Origin: an uncultured delta proteobacterium
Lineage (GTDB): Bacteria; Desulfobacterota; Binatia; UBA9968
Assembly (NCBI GenBank): GCA_963745035.1
Contig: CAVUVW010000016.1
Coordinates: 176,085-240,084, forward strand
Length of the DNA: 64,000 nucleotides
Direction: 5' to 3'
Of the stretch, positions 9,889-20,076 are shown one piece after another. Under the pieces are notes generated by a model that was not told where the DNA came from, searched no databases, and was given only the letters and a program-made list of their open reading frames with translations. How positions within the stretch are numbered: the stretch's first letter is position 1; every line of letters starts with the position of its first letter. A program made the position numbers and the translations under genes.

Positions 9889-12800
9889 ATGGACAGACTG
9901 CGGCGCATCATAAAATGGTTCTTTGTCGGCGCTGCCGTGCTGCTTTTTCTGGTAGTCGCTGCAGTGGTGATCTACACGCGCAGCGAACATTTTACCCGCT
10001 GGCTCCGCGAGGAGGCGGTGGCGGCCGTCAACAGTGCGATCCGTGGCTCGATCAGCATAGAGCGGTTGGAAGGCTCGGTATGGCGCGACGTGACGCTCCA
10101 CAATGTCGCGCTGAGCTACGAGAACGTCGAGGTCCTTACGATTCCCCGGGTGGCAATCTCCTTTTCGTTGTGGCGCCTGCTCTGGCGCGAATTGCGGATT
10201 TCCCAAATCGACGGGCTCAAGCCGCGGGCCGACTTGCGGCAGGACGATGAAGGCAGTTGGAACGTCGTCGAGGCCCTGGCGCCGCGCCAGCCCGAGCCCG
10301 AGCAGAGCTCGGCTTTCACCACCGTGGTGCGCTCGCTGCGCCTGCGTGAGGCGGGCATCGATCTGCGCATCGCCGGCAAGCAAGAGAAACTTTATCGCGC
10401 GCGCAATCTCAATCTCGAAGCCGGTCTCGGCCTGCTTCCTGGAGGCGTCAGCCTCGAAATACGCGAGCTGGCCTCAGGCCTCGCGTCCGAGGGCCTGCCG
10501 AATCTGAATCTGAAGGGCGCGCTCGACTACCGGCAGCTCACTGGGGCGCCGCCGACTTTTAAATTCAACGATCTCTGGGCGGTCAGCCACAACTCGCGAA
10601 TCAAGCTCGACGGGGAAATCGTTCAGGGCGGCGTGCTGCAGGTCAAAGCGCGGGCGCGCATCGACAAGCTGGCCCCCGCCGATCTCGCCTACTTCGTTTC
10701 CGACTGGCCGCTTCGGCGCGATCTCGCGGGGGAATTTAACGTGACGGGCGCGCTCGATGATCTCCACGGCAACGTGACTTTGACCGGCGCGGGCGCCAAG
10801 CTGTTAGCTCGGTTGCGCGCCAACGTGGAGCAGAGCCCGCCGCGCTACAGCGCGACTCTGACGATCGCGGGTTTCGATCTGCGCCAGTGGCTGGCGCAAA
10901 AGGATTTGGCCGGAGTTGTCGCCGGCAATTTGGAAGCGCGCGGTAACGGCTTCGCGCTGAATGATATTGCGGCCAAGACCGATTTCGAGGTGCGCTCCGC
11001 GGAAATCCAAGGGTGGACGCTGGGCAACGTGGCGCTGCAGGGGCGCCTGGAAAAAAGCGTGGCGGTTGTCGACGGCCGTCTCGACGGCAAAGCCGGCGCG
11101 GCGAACTGGTCGGGGAAGATCGGGCTGCAGGGCAAACGCCCGACCTACGAAGCAGCGATCGCGCTCAAAGATTTCGACCCGGGGGCCGCCAGCGGCGACA
11201 GCTCTGCTTTAAAGGGAAAGCTCAACCTGCAGGGAACCGTGGAGGGAGCCGGATTGAGTCTTGCCGAAATGAACACGCGGGCGGACGTGCGCGTGCTGCC
11301 GTCGTCGGTCGGGTCGATAAACGTGACGGACGGGCGCGTCGAAGCGGCGCTGCGCGATCGCCGTCTTGCAATTGCGCGCGCCTCGCTGCGGACGGCAGAA
11401 TCGATCCTCACGGTGAACGGCGAGCTCGGCATCGATCGCGGCAGCGCGGGAAAAGTTGTCTACCGCTTCCAGTCTGCCGACGTTGCGCCTTGGCTGCAGC
11501 TGGCAAATCACAAAGGAAGCGGCTCAATCAACGTTGCCGGCCAGGCGCGCGGCAACCTTGCCGACATCGAAACTCAAGGCATGATTCAAGTGGCCGGTTT
11601 GAAAGCCGCAGGCGTTGCGGTCAAAAACGGCGATGTCAATTATACCTTGCGCGGCGCGGCCGATGGGACGTTTCCGGAAGGTGTCGTAACGTTAAAGGTG
11701 ACCGACTTCGATGCCGGGCTTGCCCTTCGTCGCCTCGATGGGAGAGCGACCCTCGCGCGTACGCCCGCGCAGTCGATCGATCTCGATTTCACCGCCCAGG
11801 ATCGCGCTGATCGCAAGCATGCGCTCAAGGGCCAGCTCAGTTTTGCTCCCGAGGGGGCGGTCCTGCGGGTCAACCAGCTCTCTGCTACCGCGCCGGACGG
11901 CGCCTGGCGGCTTGTCCGTCCGGCAACCTTGAGCCAGCGCGGCGACACTTTCGTGATCGAACAACTGTCGCTCCGCAACGGCGAGCGCGCGATCAATCTC
12001 GACGGCCAACTCGGCTTCGCCGGCAAGCAGGACCTGCGGCTCGAAGTCGATCGGCTGCCACTGGAAACGCTATCCGCATTCATGTCACAGCCGCCTAAGA
12101 TGTCGGGCGTTATCAACATGACGGCGCGGATCAGCGGCACGGCGGCAGCACCGGAAATCACTTCCAGCTTGAAGCTGAGCGATCCGACGATCGCCGGACA
12201 GGCTTATGCGGGGGCTATGGCCGAAATTCATTACAGGGAACGTGCAGCCGCGATACGGATGACGGTTCAGCAGGATACGACCCATTCGCTCACGGCAAAC
12301 GGTACCCTGCCATATGTCTTGAGCTGGCACGAGAAGTTCCGCGTCGAACCGGCCGAAGGCATGGATATCCGAGTGCAGAGCGACGGCTTAAGCATAGCTT
12401 TCTTGAATGCATTCGCAGGCAAGGCCGTCGGAAATGTCCGCGGCGATATCGCGCTCGACGTCCGTGCGCAAGGCTCGATCAAGCAGCCTGATTTTCGCGG
12501 TACTTTCCGCTTGCGCGACGGCAGTCTCAAAGTCGTGCCGCTAAACGTCGACGTCAATGCGCTCACGATCAGCGGCGGTTTGGATTCCGGACAGCTGATC
12601 GTGAGCGACATTTCGGCCAAGGCGAAAGATGGCGAAATTCGCGGCAACGGGTCATTGGCGCTCAAACAATTCGATGTGAGCGCAGTGAAGCTCTCACTGA
12701 CCGCTCAGCGCTGGCCGGCAATCGATACGGTGCGCTACCAAATAAGGATCGGCGGCAAAGTAGACGTTGAGGGAAGCCTTCTAGCGCCGGCGGTCAAAGG

Positions 12801-13692
12801 GCAGGTCGTAATCACTGAAGGTTTATTGCGTCCCGATTTGAACTTCTTGGAGCAAAGCAAGGCGCCGACCAAGCGCGACGAGACCATTGTCGTCATCAGG
12901 GGCGATCGCACTCAAGGGCAAACGGCGCAGGCCGGTGCCGAGAACAACGGCGCAAAGGAAGACAGCGATCTGTTTAACAATCTCACCCTGGACCTGGCGA
13001 TGCGTGCCCCTGGGAATCTATTGGTGCGCCACCCGGATCTCACCGCCGAACTTTCCGGCGACATCAAAGTTTCAAAGGCGCGACAGCGAAATATCGATAT
13101 AAGCGGCCACGTCGATGTCGTGCGGGGCTCTTTCGCTTTTCAAGGGCGTCGATTTCAATTAGTTCGCGGCAGGGCGGCGTTTACCGGCGGCGACAAAATC
13201 AATCCGTCGCTCGATATTGTTGCGCAATATAAGGTGCCCAACTACCAAGTGGAGGTCCATATTTCAGGGTCAGCGGAAAAACCGAATTTGACTCTGACGA
13301 GCCAACCTCCCTTGGAGCAAGCCGACGTTCTCGCGTTGATTCTGTTTGGCAAGCCGCTCAATAGCTTGAGCCAAAATGAACAGGCCTCGTTACAGCAAAG
13401 CGCAGTCAATCTGGCGAGCGGCTTCATTGCCGCAAGCATCGCTAAGTCGGTTGCCAACGCGCTCGGACTGGAAAGTTTGGGGTTCGATGAGCTCGACTTT
13501 AGCGGCGACCGCGTCGGTTTGGGCCGCTATATCGGCTCCAGGACTCACGTTTCGGCCTCCCAACAGCTCACCGAAGAACACCGACAAGAGGTCACTCTAG
13601 AATATGAGATCGCTCCCAATTGGAAGATCGGCACGACTACAACGAGCACCGGCGACAGCGGCATCGATATTATTTGGCATAAAAGATACTAG
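9889..13692 (+). CDS. tamB: TamB / AsmA-like translocation and assembly module protein
   Basis: 1267 aa with an N-terminal membrane anchor, long beta-rich body and a TamB-type C-terminus (NPSLDIVAQY...LTSQPPLEQADVLALILFG...GIDIIWHKRY). Starts 1 nt after the tamA stop. Confidence 0.88.
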   Translation: MDRLRRIIKWFFVGAAVLLFLVVAAVVIYTRSEHFTRWLREEAVAAVNSAIRGSISIERLEGSVWRDVTLHNVALSYENVEVLTIPRVAISFSLWRLLWRELRISQIDGLKPRADLRQDDEGSWNVVEALAPRQPEPEQSSAFTTVVRSLRLREAGIDLRIAGKQEKLYRARNLNLEAGLGLLPGGVSLEIRELASGLASEGLPNLNLKGALDYRQLTGAPPTFKFNDLWAVSHNSRIKLDGEIVQGGVLQVKARARIDKLAPADLAYFVSDWPLRRDLAGEFNVTGALDDLHGNVTLTGAGAKLLARLRANVEQSPPRYSATLTIAGFDLRQWLAQKDLAGVVAGNLEARGNGFALNDIAAKTDFEVRSAEIQGWTLGNVALQGRLEKSVAVVDGRLDGKAGAANWSGKIGLQGKRPTYEAAIALKDFDPGAASGDSSALKGKLNLQGTVEGAGLSLAEMNTRADVRVLPSSVGSINVTDGRVEAALRDRRLAIARASLRTAESILTVNGELGIDRGSAGKVVYRFQSADVAPWLQLANHKGSGSINVAGQARGNLADIETQGMIQVAGLKAAGVAVKNGDVNYTLRGAADGTFPEGVVTLKVTDFDAGLALRRLDGRATLARTPAQSIDLDFTAQDRADRKHALKGQLSFAPEGAVLRVNQLSATAPDGAWRLVRPATLSQRGDTFVIEQLSLRNGERAINLDGQLGFAGKQDLRLEVDRLPLETLSAFMSQPPKMSGVINMTARISGTAAAPEITSSLKLSDPTIAGQAYAGAMAEIHYRERAAAIRMTVQQDTTHSLTANGTLPYVLSWHEKFRVEPAEGMDIRVQSDGLSIAFLNAFAGKAVGNVRGDIALDVRAQGSIKQPDFRGTFRLRDGSLKVVPLNVDVNALTISGGLDSGQLIVSDISAKAKDGEIRGNGSLALKQFDVSAVKLSLTAQRWPAIDTVRYQIRIGGKVDVEGSLLAPAVKGQVVITEGLLRPDLNFLEQSKAPTKRDETIVVIRGDRTQGQTAQAGAENNGAKEDSDLFNNLTLDLAMRAPGNLLVRHPDLTAELSGDIKVSKARQRNIDISGHVDVVRGSFAFQGRRFQLVRGRAAFTGGDKINPSLDIVAQYKVPNYQVEVHISGSAEKPNLTLTSQPPLEQADVLALILFGKPLNSLSQNEQASLQQSAVNLASGFIAASIAKSVANALGLESLGFDELDFSGDRVGLGRYIGSRTHVSASQQLTEEHRQEVTLEYEIAPNWKIGTTTTSTGDSGIDIIWHKRY

Positions 13693-13698
13693 CGCCGC

Positions 13699-14283
13699 CT
13701 ATTTCCTTCGCCAGCTGCCGCTTCCGTCTTGAATCCACCAGCCCGGGCGCGCCTGGTCGATCCAGCTCTTGGCGAAGATGGCTTTGATTTTCGGGATGCT
13801 GTCTTTGTCGATGTTGTTGGCTTTGGCGATCTCGGCGTAGAGCGCCTCGCGATCGCGATTCTCCGCGTCGAGCGACTGCTGCGCCTCGGCGCGCTCTTTG
13901 AGATTCAAGCCGTCGGCGTTGCGCAGCGCGAGCAGACCGTCGCGGCCGATGCCGATGTTGCCGCGGTCCATATACGGCTTGAGTGTTTCGCTGCGCTGTT
14001 TGATCGAGTCTTTCAAGGCGCGGATGGCCGGATTGGAAACATTGATATCGGCTTCCTGCGCGTGCGCCGCGCGCATCAAGCCCCATGACAGCTTCGGTGC
14101 CGGCGTGGTCGAACGGCGGCTCTGCGGCGCGGGAGTCGTCTTGTCCGCTTCAGCCGGGCCACCCCAGGTCTCCTTGACGATTTGATCGGCGGCGCGCTCG
14201 ACCGCCGCGGCCGGAAAATAGATGTTCACGGTTACACAGGCGCTGTAAAAAAACACGGTCAAAAACAAAGTTCGCTTCAACAT
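13699..14283 (-). CDS. lipoprotein with YnbE-like N-terminus fused to a YdbL (DUF1318) domain
   Basis: GGAGG RBS, lipobox-like SAC followed by VTVNIYFPAAAVERAADQIV, and YdbL-like ENRDREALYAEIAKAN...ARPGWWIQDGSGSW. Confidence 0.75.
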   Translation of the reverse strand: MLKRTLFLTVFFYSACVTVNIYFPAAAVERAADQIVKETWGGPAEADKTTPAPQSRRSTTPAPKLSWGLMRAAHAQEADINVSNPAIRALKDSIKQRSETLKPYMDRGNIGIGRDGLLALRNADGLNLKERAEAQQSLDAENRDREALYAEIAKANNIDKDSIPKIKAIFAKSWIDQARPGWWIQDGSGSWRRK

Positions 14284-14294
14284 GCTTCCTCCCA

Positions 14295-17213
14295 TTATTG
14301 AATTTCCGGAGTGTCCGTCTGGATTCTTTCCAACCGCCGCATGAGCTCGGAAAAGGCGATGGTCTGAGTGTGGCTGACGATGTTCACGGTCGGCGGAAGA
14401 AAACTGCCGACGACCAGATATTCCTGATCGCCGCGCGTTTCCACGCCGCGCAACACCAGCCGGTCGTTTCTCAGGATCGCCTTGAAACCGAGCTTGCTGT
14501 AGCGAAAGCTATCGAACAGGCTGGCGAGACCGCCGTACAATGCGCCGGCGCTTTGCCCGGAGCTCAAGACCGTGATCTTGTTGAGCGCCTCCACGCTGAT
14601 GCGTTGTTCCTTGCCGCGATCCACCGAGCGCAAATCCGCGCCGAATTGCGCCGGCTGTCCGTCGGTGATGACCAGATCGGCCACGGTTCCTTCCAAGATG
14701 CCCGAGATGCGGCCGAATGCAAAGGTCTTCGAAAGCTGCTCGAGGTCGATATTCGCCAACGCGGCGTCGAGCCGGATCGCCGCCAGCGGCGAGAAGGGAT
14801 TGTCGATCTCCAGCTTGCTGATGCGCACCCGCCCGCCGAATACTTCGGCCTGAATTTCGCCTTTGGTCTTGAGCGTCGCGTCGGCCGACTGCACTTCCGG
14901 GATCGAGCCGGTGAGCGTCCCGCTGAAGCGCGGCCAATCGAAGGCCTCGGTGAGATCGTGAAGCTGCAGCCGATTGGTTTCGAGCGAGAAAGTCAGTTGC
15001 CTTGGCAGGCGGATAATATCCGGCCAACGCAGCCTGCCGAGGATGATCTCGCCGCCGAAAACGGCGGCGCGCAGCGGCTCATGAAAACGGAGCTCGTTGT
15101 TAAACAGCGAAACCGCCGCCGGACTAAGCCGCGCGTCCTGGCCGCCGAAGCGGATTTTGCCGATGGTCAGGGCGCCGGGACGCGGCTCGCGGCTCGCTGT
15201 CGCGGCTTCGCCCCAACCGATCTCGAACGGCAGCTCGAGGCCGATGGCGCTGACTTCCCAGCTACCCGCCTTGGCGCGCAGCTCCCCGCCGGTGAGAGAT
15301 ACGTTTCCCGCCAAGGCGAGACTTTCCGGACTGCCGTCCAACCGCGCTTGAAACGCCATGGCGCCGCCGATCGTGAGCGTGTCAAGAAACGGAAACTGGC
15401 GTTTCAGGTTCTCGCGCACAAACGCTTCGAAAAAGCCGCCCGGCGAAAAGCTCGTGCTGCGCGCCTCCAGACGCAAGCGCGGCGCTTGCGTCACCCGATC
15501 GAGGGAGCCGGCGATATCCAGCGCGCCGACGTTGGCCAGGACGGCGTTGCAACGGCGGCATTCGAGGCGATCTTCGCCACGAAAATACTCCGCGTCGAGA
15601 GCCAACTTCGGCTTTTGCGCCTTCAGATCGGTGAAAAACTTGTGCCATAAAATTTCGCCGCTCGCCGCGGTGAGTTCGCCGCTGATGCGCGCGGAATTCT
15701 TGCCGGAGACCCACGCGATTTCAAGCGGGCCGCGCAAGCTCAAGTTCTCGCCGATCCGGCGACTGTCGGGCGAGGTGAATTTTCCGCCGCCGGCGTCGAT
15801 TGCGGCGGCAACCTTCACCGAGCCCGCCTCCGAAAAATCCACCGACCCGGTAAGGTGCGCGCGCTCGGCCGTTGCCTCCCAACGATCCTTGGCGGCGTAA
15901 GAAAGCCGCGTGGCGGCAATCCTCGCCGCGCGGATGCGCGCCGCGCCGTTCGACCATTCAAATGGCAAAGTAAAGTTCACGCTTGCCGAGTGTACTTCGC
16001 CGGCTTGAATTTTTGCGCCGTCGCCGCGCGCGACGCCCTTGACCGCGGGCGCATGGAAGGGGCCGCGCAGATCGAAGTCGATATGGCCGCGCCCGGCCAT
16101 CGTCCAAAGATTAAGCGGCGGCGGAAGCATCGCCGGCAGCGCCTCCAGCGGCAGATCGCTCCAGAGAATTTTTGCATTGTCGATGCGCGATGCGGCGGCG
16201 AAGCTTGCGACTGCGCCGCCGGTAACGGTACCGAACGGCGAGCTAAGGCGGGCGGATTTTACCGTAAGGGTTTTGTCCGCCAATAAAAACGAGCCGGAAA
16301 AATTCACCGCGGCGCCGCCACCGGGTAGTTTTGCGCCCGCGGGCCCGAGCGCTTCGGCGATGCTGCGCACGGCGGCGTCGCCGGCAAAGAGAAATTCTTT
16401 CCAATCGCTGTCGACCGTCGCGCGCGCATTGAGACTGCCGGAGATCCGTCCGGCGCCGGCCGCGAGTTTTTCAAATCGGCCTTCGATCGTCGCGGTCGCC
16501 TGCTGATCTTCGGGCGCATCGAGTTTGGCGCGCACCCGTAAAAATTCAGGTTGCTCTTGTTGGACTGCGCCGTCCGAAAACGTTCTCGACGCGGGCTTGG
16601 AGCGAAGGACGATTTCACCGGTCAGAGCGTTCAGCGCTCCGCCCAGATGCACTTCGGCTTCTCCCTGAAGCGACGGAACGTCGGCGCGCAAATGGATTCT
16701 CGATGCTTGACCGAGATTTAAATTGCGCGCTTCCAGATTGATGTTCGGCAGCTCGAAAACTTCGGCGCCCCCCTTTTTTAAGACGATCGAACCGTCGTGA
16801 ATCTTCAGGTAACGAAGCCCGACGGTTGCGGAAGATGCGCCGGCGGGCTTCATCATTTCCGCCAAATCGATGGTGAGCACGGGCCGCTCCGCGCTCACGC
16901 GGTGCACGGTCCCAAGCCACAGATCGACGGGTGTAAATGTTACCAGCAGGCGCGGGCTGCGAAAAAGAAATTCTCCGGGCTTGGAAACCTCCAGGGCGCC
17001 GGCAACGAGATGGAAAGGCGGCCGCAAACTCAAATCGGCCAAGCGCACATCCATGCCGCTTCTGCGAGAGAGCTCGGTCTCGGCCCATTGGCGAAACGCC
17101 GTGGAGCGCAACAAAAAAAACAGCGCGGCGTAGACAAGCAGAGACGCGGCGAAAAAAATTCCCAGCAGTCTAAGCCCGATGCGCGCGCGCGGCTTCATTG
17201 AAAAACGATACAT
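14295..17213 (-). CDS. AsmA-like / YdbH-like bridge protein
   Basis: 972 aa with an N-terminal TM anchor, beta-rich body and C-terminal IDLEQLSKTFAFGRISG...QRISVEALNKITVL...FRYSKLGF. Immediately upstream of the YdbL-like gene. Confidence 0.7.
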   Translation of the reverse strand: MYRFSMKPRARIGLRLLGIFFAASLLVYAALFFLLRSTAFRQWAETELSRRSGMDVRLADLSLRPPFHLVAGALEVSKPGEFLFRSPRLLVTFTPVDLWLGTVHRVSAERPVLTIDLAEMMKPAGASSATVGLRYLKIHDGSIVLKKGGAEVFELPNINLEARNLNLGQASRIHLRADVPSLQGEAEVHLGGALNALTGEIVLRSKPASRTFSDGAVQQEQPEFLRVRAKLDAPEDQQATATIEGRFEKLAAGAGRISGSLNARATVDSDWKEFLFAGDAAVRSIAEALGPAGAKLPGGGAAVNFSGSFLLADKTLTVKSARLSSPFGTVTGGAVASFAAASRIDNAKILWSDLPLEALPAMLPPPLNLWTMAGRGHIDFDLRGPFHAPAVKGVARGDGAKIQAGEVHSASVNFTLPFEWSNGAARIRAARIAATRLSYAAKDRWEATAERAHLTGSVDFSEAGSVKVAAAIDAGGGKFTSPDSRRIGENLSLRGPLEIAWVSGKNSARISGELTAASGEILWHKFFTDLKAQKPKLALDAEYFRGEDRLECRRCNAVLANVGALDIAGSLDRVTQAPRLRLEARSTSFSPGGFFEAFVRENLKRQFPFLDTLTIGGAMAFQARLDGSPESLALAGNVSLTGGELRAKAGSWEVSAIGLELPFEIGWGEAATASREPRPGALTIGKIRFGGQDARLSPAAVSLFNNELRFHEPLRAAVFGGEIILGRLRWPDIIRLPRQLTFSLETNRLQLHDLTEAFDWPRFSGTLTGSIPEVQSADATLKTKGEIQAEVFGGRVRISKLEIDNPFSPLAAIRLDAALANIDLEQLSKTFAFGRISGILEGTVADLVITDGQPAQFGADLRSVDRGKEQRISVEALNKITVLSSGQSAGALYGGLASLFDSFRYSKLGFKAILRNDRLVLRGVETRGDQEYLVVGSFLPPTVNIVSHTQTIAFSELMRRLERIQTDTPEIQ

Positions 17214-17423
17214 GGTGCAAAATTTCTCGGCAATCGCCGCCTAAGATTAGACGCGCCGGTTGCGCGCGCGTTTATCGCCGGGAGACGGCGGACCAATCGA
17301 ATAACGTTGACTTGACGGTTTTTCCCGGCTTACAAGCGCTCTTGCCGGGAGCTTTTTGAAAATAGGCGTGCGTCGAATTGACTAGAGTCGGGCGCTGAAA
17401 ACCTGATCCGGGAGGAGGACCCT

Positions 17424-17855
17424 ATGTATAAGGAATTCAAGGAATTCATCATGCGGGGCAACGTCGTCGATCTCGCCATCGGTGTGGTGATCGGCGCTGC
17501 GTTCGGTAAGATCGTCACCTCGTTCGTCGAAGACGTCCTGATGCCGCCCATCGGCTTGCTGTTGGGAGGCGCCGATTTCTCGAACCTATTCATCAATCTC
17601 TCGGGCAAAGCCTATCCCAGCATCGCGGCCGCGAAAGCGGCGGGCGCCGCGACATTGAATTACGGTATCTTTCTCAACAACATCATCAATTTTCTGATCA
17701 TCGCATTTGCGATCTTTCTCCTCATCAAACAGATCAACCGGATGCAAAGACCCGCGCCGGCGGCCGCCCCAACGACAAAAGATTGCCCGTACTGTCTGTC
17801 GGCGGTGCCGCTGAAAGCGACAAAGTGCGCGCACTGCACTGCCGAGCTGAAGTAA
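17424..17855 (+). CDS. mscL: large-conductance mechanosensitive channel with C-terminal Zn-ribbon
   Basis: [50 protein letters not shown], and a tail CPYC-x10-CAHC. Confidence 0.95.
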   Translation: MYKEFKEFIMRGNVVDLAIGVVIGAAFGKIVTSFVEDVLMPPIGLLLGGADFSNLFINLSGKAYPSIAAAKAAGAATLNYGIFLNNIINFLIIAFAIFLLIKQINRMQRPAPAAAPTTKDCPYCLSAVPLKATKCAHCTAELK

Positions 17856-18682
17856 CGATTCGCAGCGTGGAGCGCTCGGCGCGCCGCGCGAGCGCGCCGG
17901 CCGCGGCACATGGCTATGGAGTTTTTGAGCTGTTGAAATGGGCGCTGTTGCTGGCGTCGTTTGCCGAGTTCATCGCTGCCGTGGCCGATGTGGCGGCGCC
18001 GGAGCCGCGCGCCGAAAGACGCGTCGCGGCGCTGCGCTTCCCACCGGGCCGGGCGCCGACTGGCAGCAATGGGATTCATTTTCCACCAACGTGGTGAAAA
18101 GACTCAGAGAAGATTACCCGCCGACACTACGCGATCAGCTCGGTGAAACTTTTCTCGACGCGCGCTACCGACTCGCTCAGGCCTCATGGCCCCATGGTTA
18201 CAGGCGTTGTCTCTTGATACGCGTCTTCGCCCAACTGCTGTTCTTGAGATTCCGAAACCATGAGAAATTGGACTGGCCGGTTTGCTGCACGGTCTCGCAA
18301 GCAACAACGGTCAGAATATAAAATATCGACGCGGCAAATTTCACGATCATGGGGTCACTTCCCCTCGTCGCGCACCCTAATAAGCGTGGCAGGTATTAAA
18401 GCGTCCGGCAGCGTGCGCAGGGCATGATGCGCGGTTTGAGCAGTGGCGTGCAGATGGAGAACTTCCTTGGCGAAGTCACCTGAAATTGGGTCGCGCATAG
18501 GCTGTACGCCGTTGGTCTGAAACTTCGAATGAGCGATGGCGGACGCGAGAATTTGCTGCACGCGGAAGGCTGCGCCAATCGGCGGTATTCTTGCCTAAGC
18601 GGCTGGTTTATTTGACTTAATGACCTGATTGCGTGCCGATACGCGGGCATAAAAGAACGCCAAAAAACACCCAAAAATATTC

Positions 18683-18711
18683 TTGACTTCCTCGGAACCT
18701 TGTACTACTTT
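18683..18711 (+). promoter_or_regulatory. candidate sigma70 promoter for the OmpA-family gene
   Basis: TTGACT-N17-TACTTT in an AT-rich tract, about 40 nt upstream of the ATG at 18751 (GGAGG RBS at 18741-18745). Confidence 0.45.
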
Positions 18712-18750
18712 GGGCAAAAATTTTGACCGAATTTTTGCTGGGAGGCAGAG

Positions 18751-19464
18751 ATGAGTCATAAAAAATATTTCGCGTGGGCAGCGGTTGGCTTCTTCCTGAC
18801 GGGCTGTACAGGAATGACGAGAAATCAAGCCGCTTTGGTGGGCGCGGCAACTTGCGGCGCGATGGGCGCCGGGGGCGGTGCAGCCGCAGCGCATCAAGGA
18901 ATTGACGGAAAGCACCGCAACGAAGCTATGGGCGCTGGTATCGGTTTCACCGCCGGCGCGCTCATTTGCGGCGGGTTGGCGTATTTGATGACCGAGGATC
19001 CGAAGCCAAAACCAGTGCCGCCACCGCCGCCGCCACCGCCGCCACCTCCGCCACCGGAGCCCAAGCCGAAGCCGGCTCCTCCACCGCCGCCGCCGAAACC
19101 GGAGCCCAAGCCCGCGCCGAAAGTGGAACGGACGATTATTCTCGACGACGTTCTGTTCGACTTCGACCGGAGCACCGTCAAGCCGGAAGCTGCGTCGATC
19201 CTCGATCGGCTGGTGGCTTTCATGAACGAGAACAAGGACAAGAAGGTAAGTCTGTCCGGACATACCGACAATGTGGGCAGCGAAGCATATAACCAAAAAC
19301 TGTCTGAACGCCGCGTATCCTCGGTACAGGATTACGTGGTGAAGAAGGGCGTGGAAGGCAGCCGAGTCTCCGGACAGGGTTTCGGCGAGAGCAAGCCGAT
19401 CGCGGATAACAAGACGCGAGAGGGGCGCGCGAAGAACCGGCGCGTCGAAATCAAAGTCAACTAA
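18751..19464 (+). CDS. OmpA-family lipoprotein (glycine zipper, Pro-rich linker, peptidoglycan-binding domain)
   Basis: Lipobox LTGC, poly-Pro linker, VLFDFDRS, GHTDNVGSEAYNQKLSERR, NRRVEI. Confidence 0.93.
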   Translation: MSHKKYFAWAAVGFFLTGCTGMTRNQAALVGAATCGAMGAGGGAAAAHQGIDGKHRNEAMGAGIGFTAGALICGGLAYLMTEDPKPKPVPPPPPPPPPPPPPEPKPKPAPPPPPPKPEPKPAPKVERTIILDDVLFDFDRSTVKPEAASILDRLVAFMNENKDKKVSLSGHTDNVGSEAYNQKLSERRVSSVQDYVVKKGVEGSRVSGQGFGESKPIADNKTREGRAKNRRVEIKVN

Positions 19465-19490
19465 TTATCGGTGAAGTGAAATTGATCTCA

Positions 19491-19868
19491 ATGCGGATGC
19501 CAGGAAGAGCGCGAGCGCGGGTTTTTCTCCTGGCATCCGCATTGTTATTTCCAAGTCTCGCTTTCGCCCAGAACATCAGTTTCAAGGAAATAGAAGCGCG
19601 TGTCCTGGAATACCGAAAGTGGCTCGACAAAGTCGGCTCCAACGGCTCGCGTTTCTGGGTGAGGTTGGACAGCACTAAGCGTCCCCATCGACTCTACATC
19701 GGCGACGGCTTCAAACAAGCCAGTGCCACCGACCAGGAAGAGTTCATCGAAATCTTTTCGCGCTTCCTTGCGGGACACCCGGAAAAAAACATGCTCATCG
19801 ACATCTTCGACGCCAGCAGCGGAAAGCCGGTCGGCGAGTACGGCTTCGGTGGTTTTCGACTCTTCTAG
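19491..19868 (+). CDS. hypothetical exported protein
   Basis: Co-directional with ompA, signal-peptide-like segment ending AFA-Q, coding-like sequence. Start codon is uncertain (19476/19491/19497). Confidence 0.6.
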   Translation: MRMPGRARARVFLLASALLFPSLAFAQNISFKEIEARVLEYRKWLDKVGSNGSRFWVRLDSTKRPHRLYIGDGFKQASATDQEEFIEIFSRFLAGHPEKNMLIDIFDASSGKPVGEYGFGGFRLF

Positions 19869-20076
19869 GCTTGTCCTTTTTTCCCCGCGGTTCTCACTCT
19901 TGCTAGCTGCCAACGGGTTGCTCTGACCCGGGTTTTCCATTTTGCTCAACCCGCGGGATTTTGCTTCGGATGTCCGACGGTGCTTGTAACACGTCGCCTT
20001 TGCCTTACATTTTGATCGTCGGACGATTCATCGGTAATTTGAAATTAGCAGTCGCCGGTTGCTACAGTTGCGCTCG

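Noticed and set aside
19001-19120. CCG/CCA tandem repeats
   Set aside because: They simply encode the Pro-rich linker of the OmpA-family protein.
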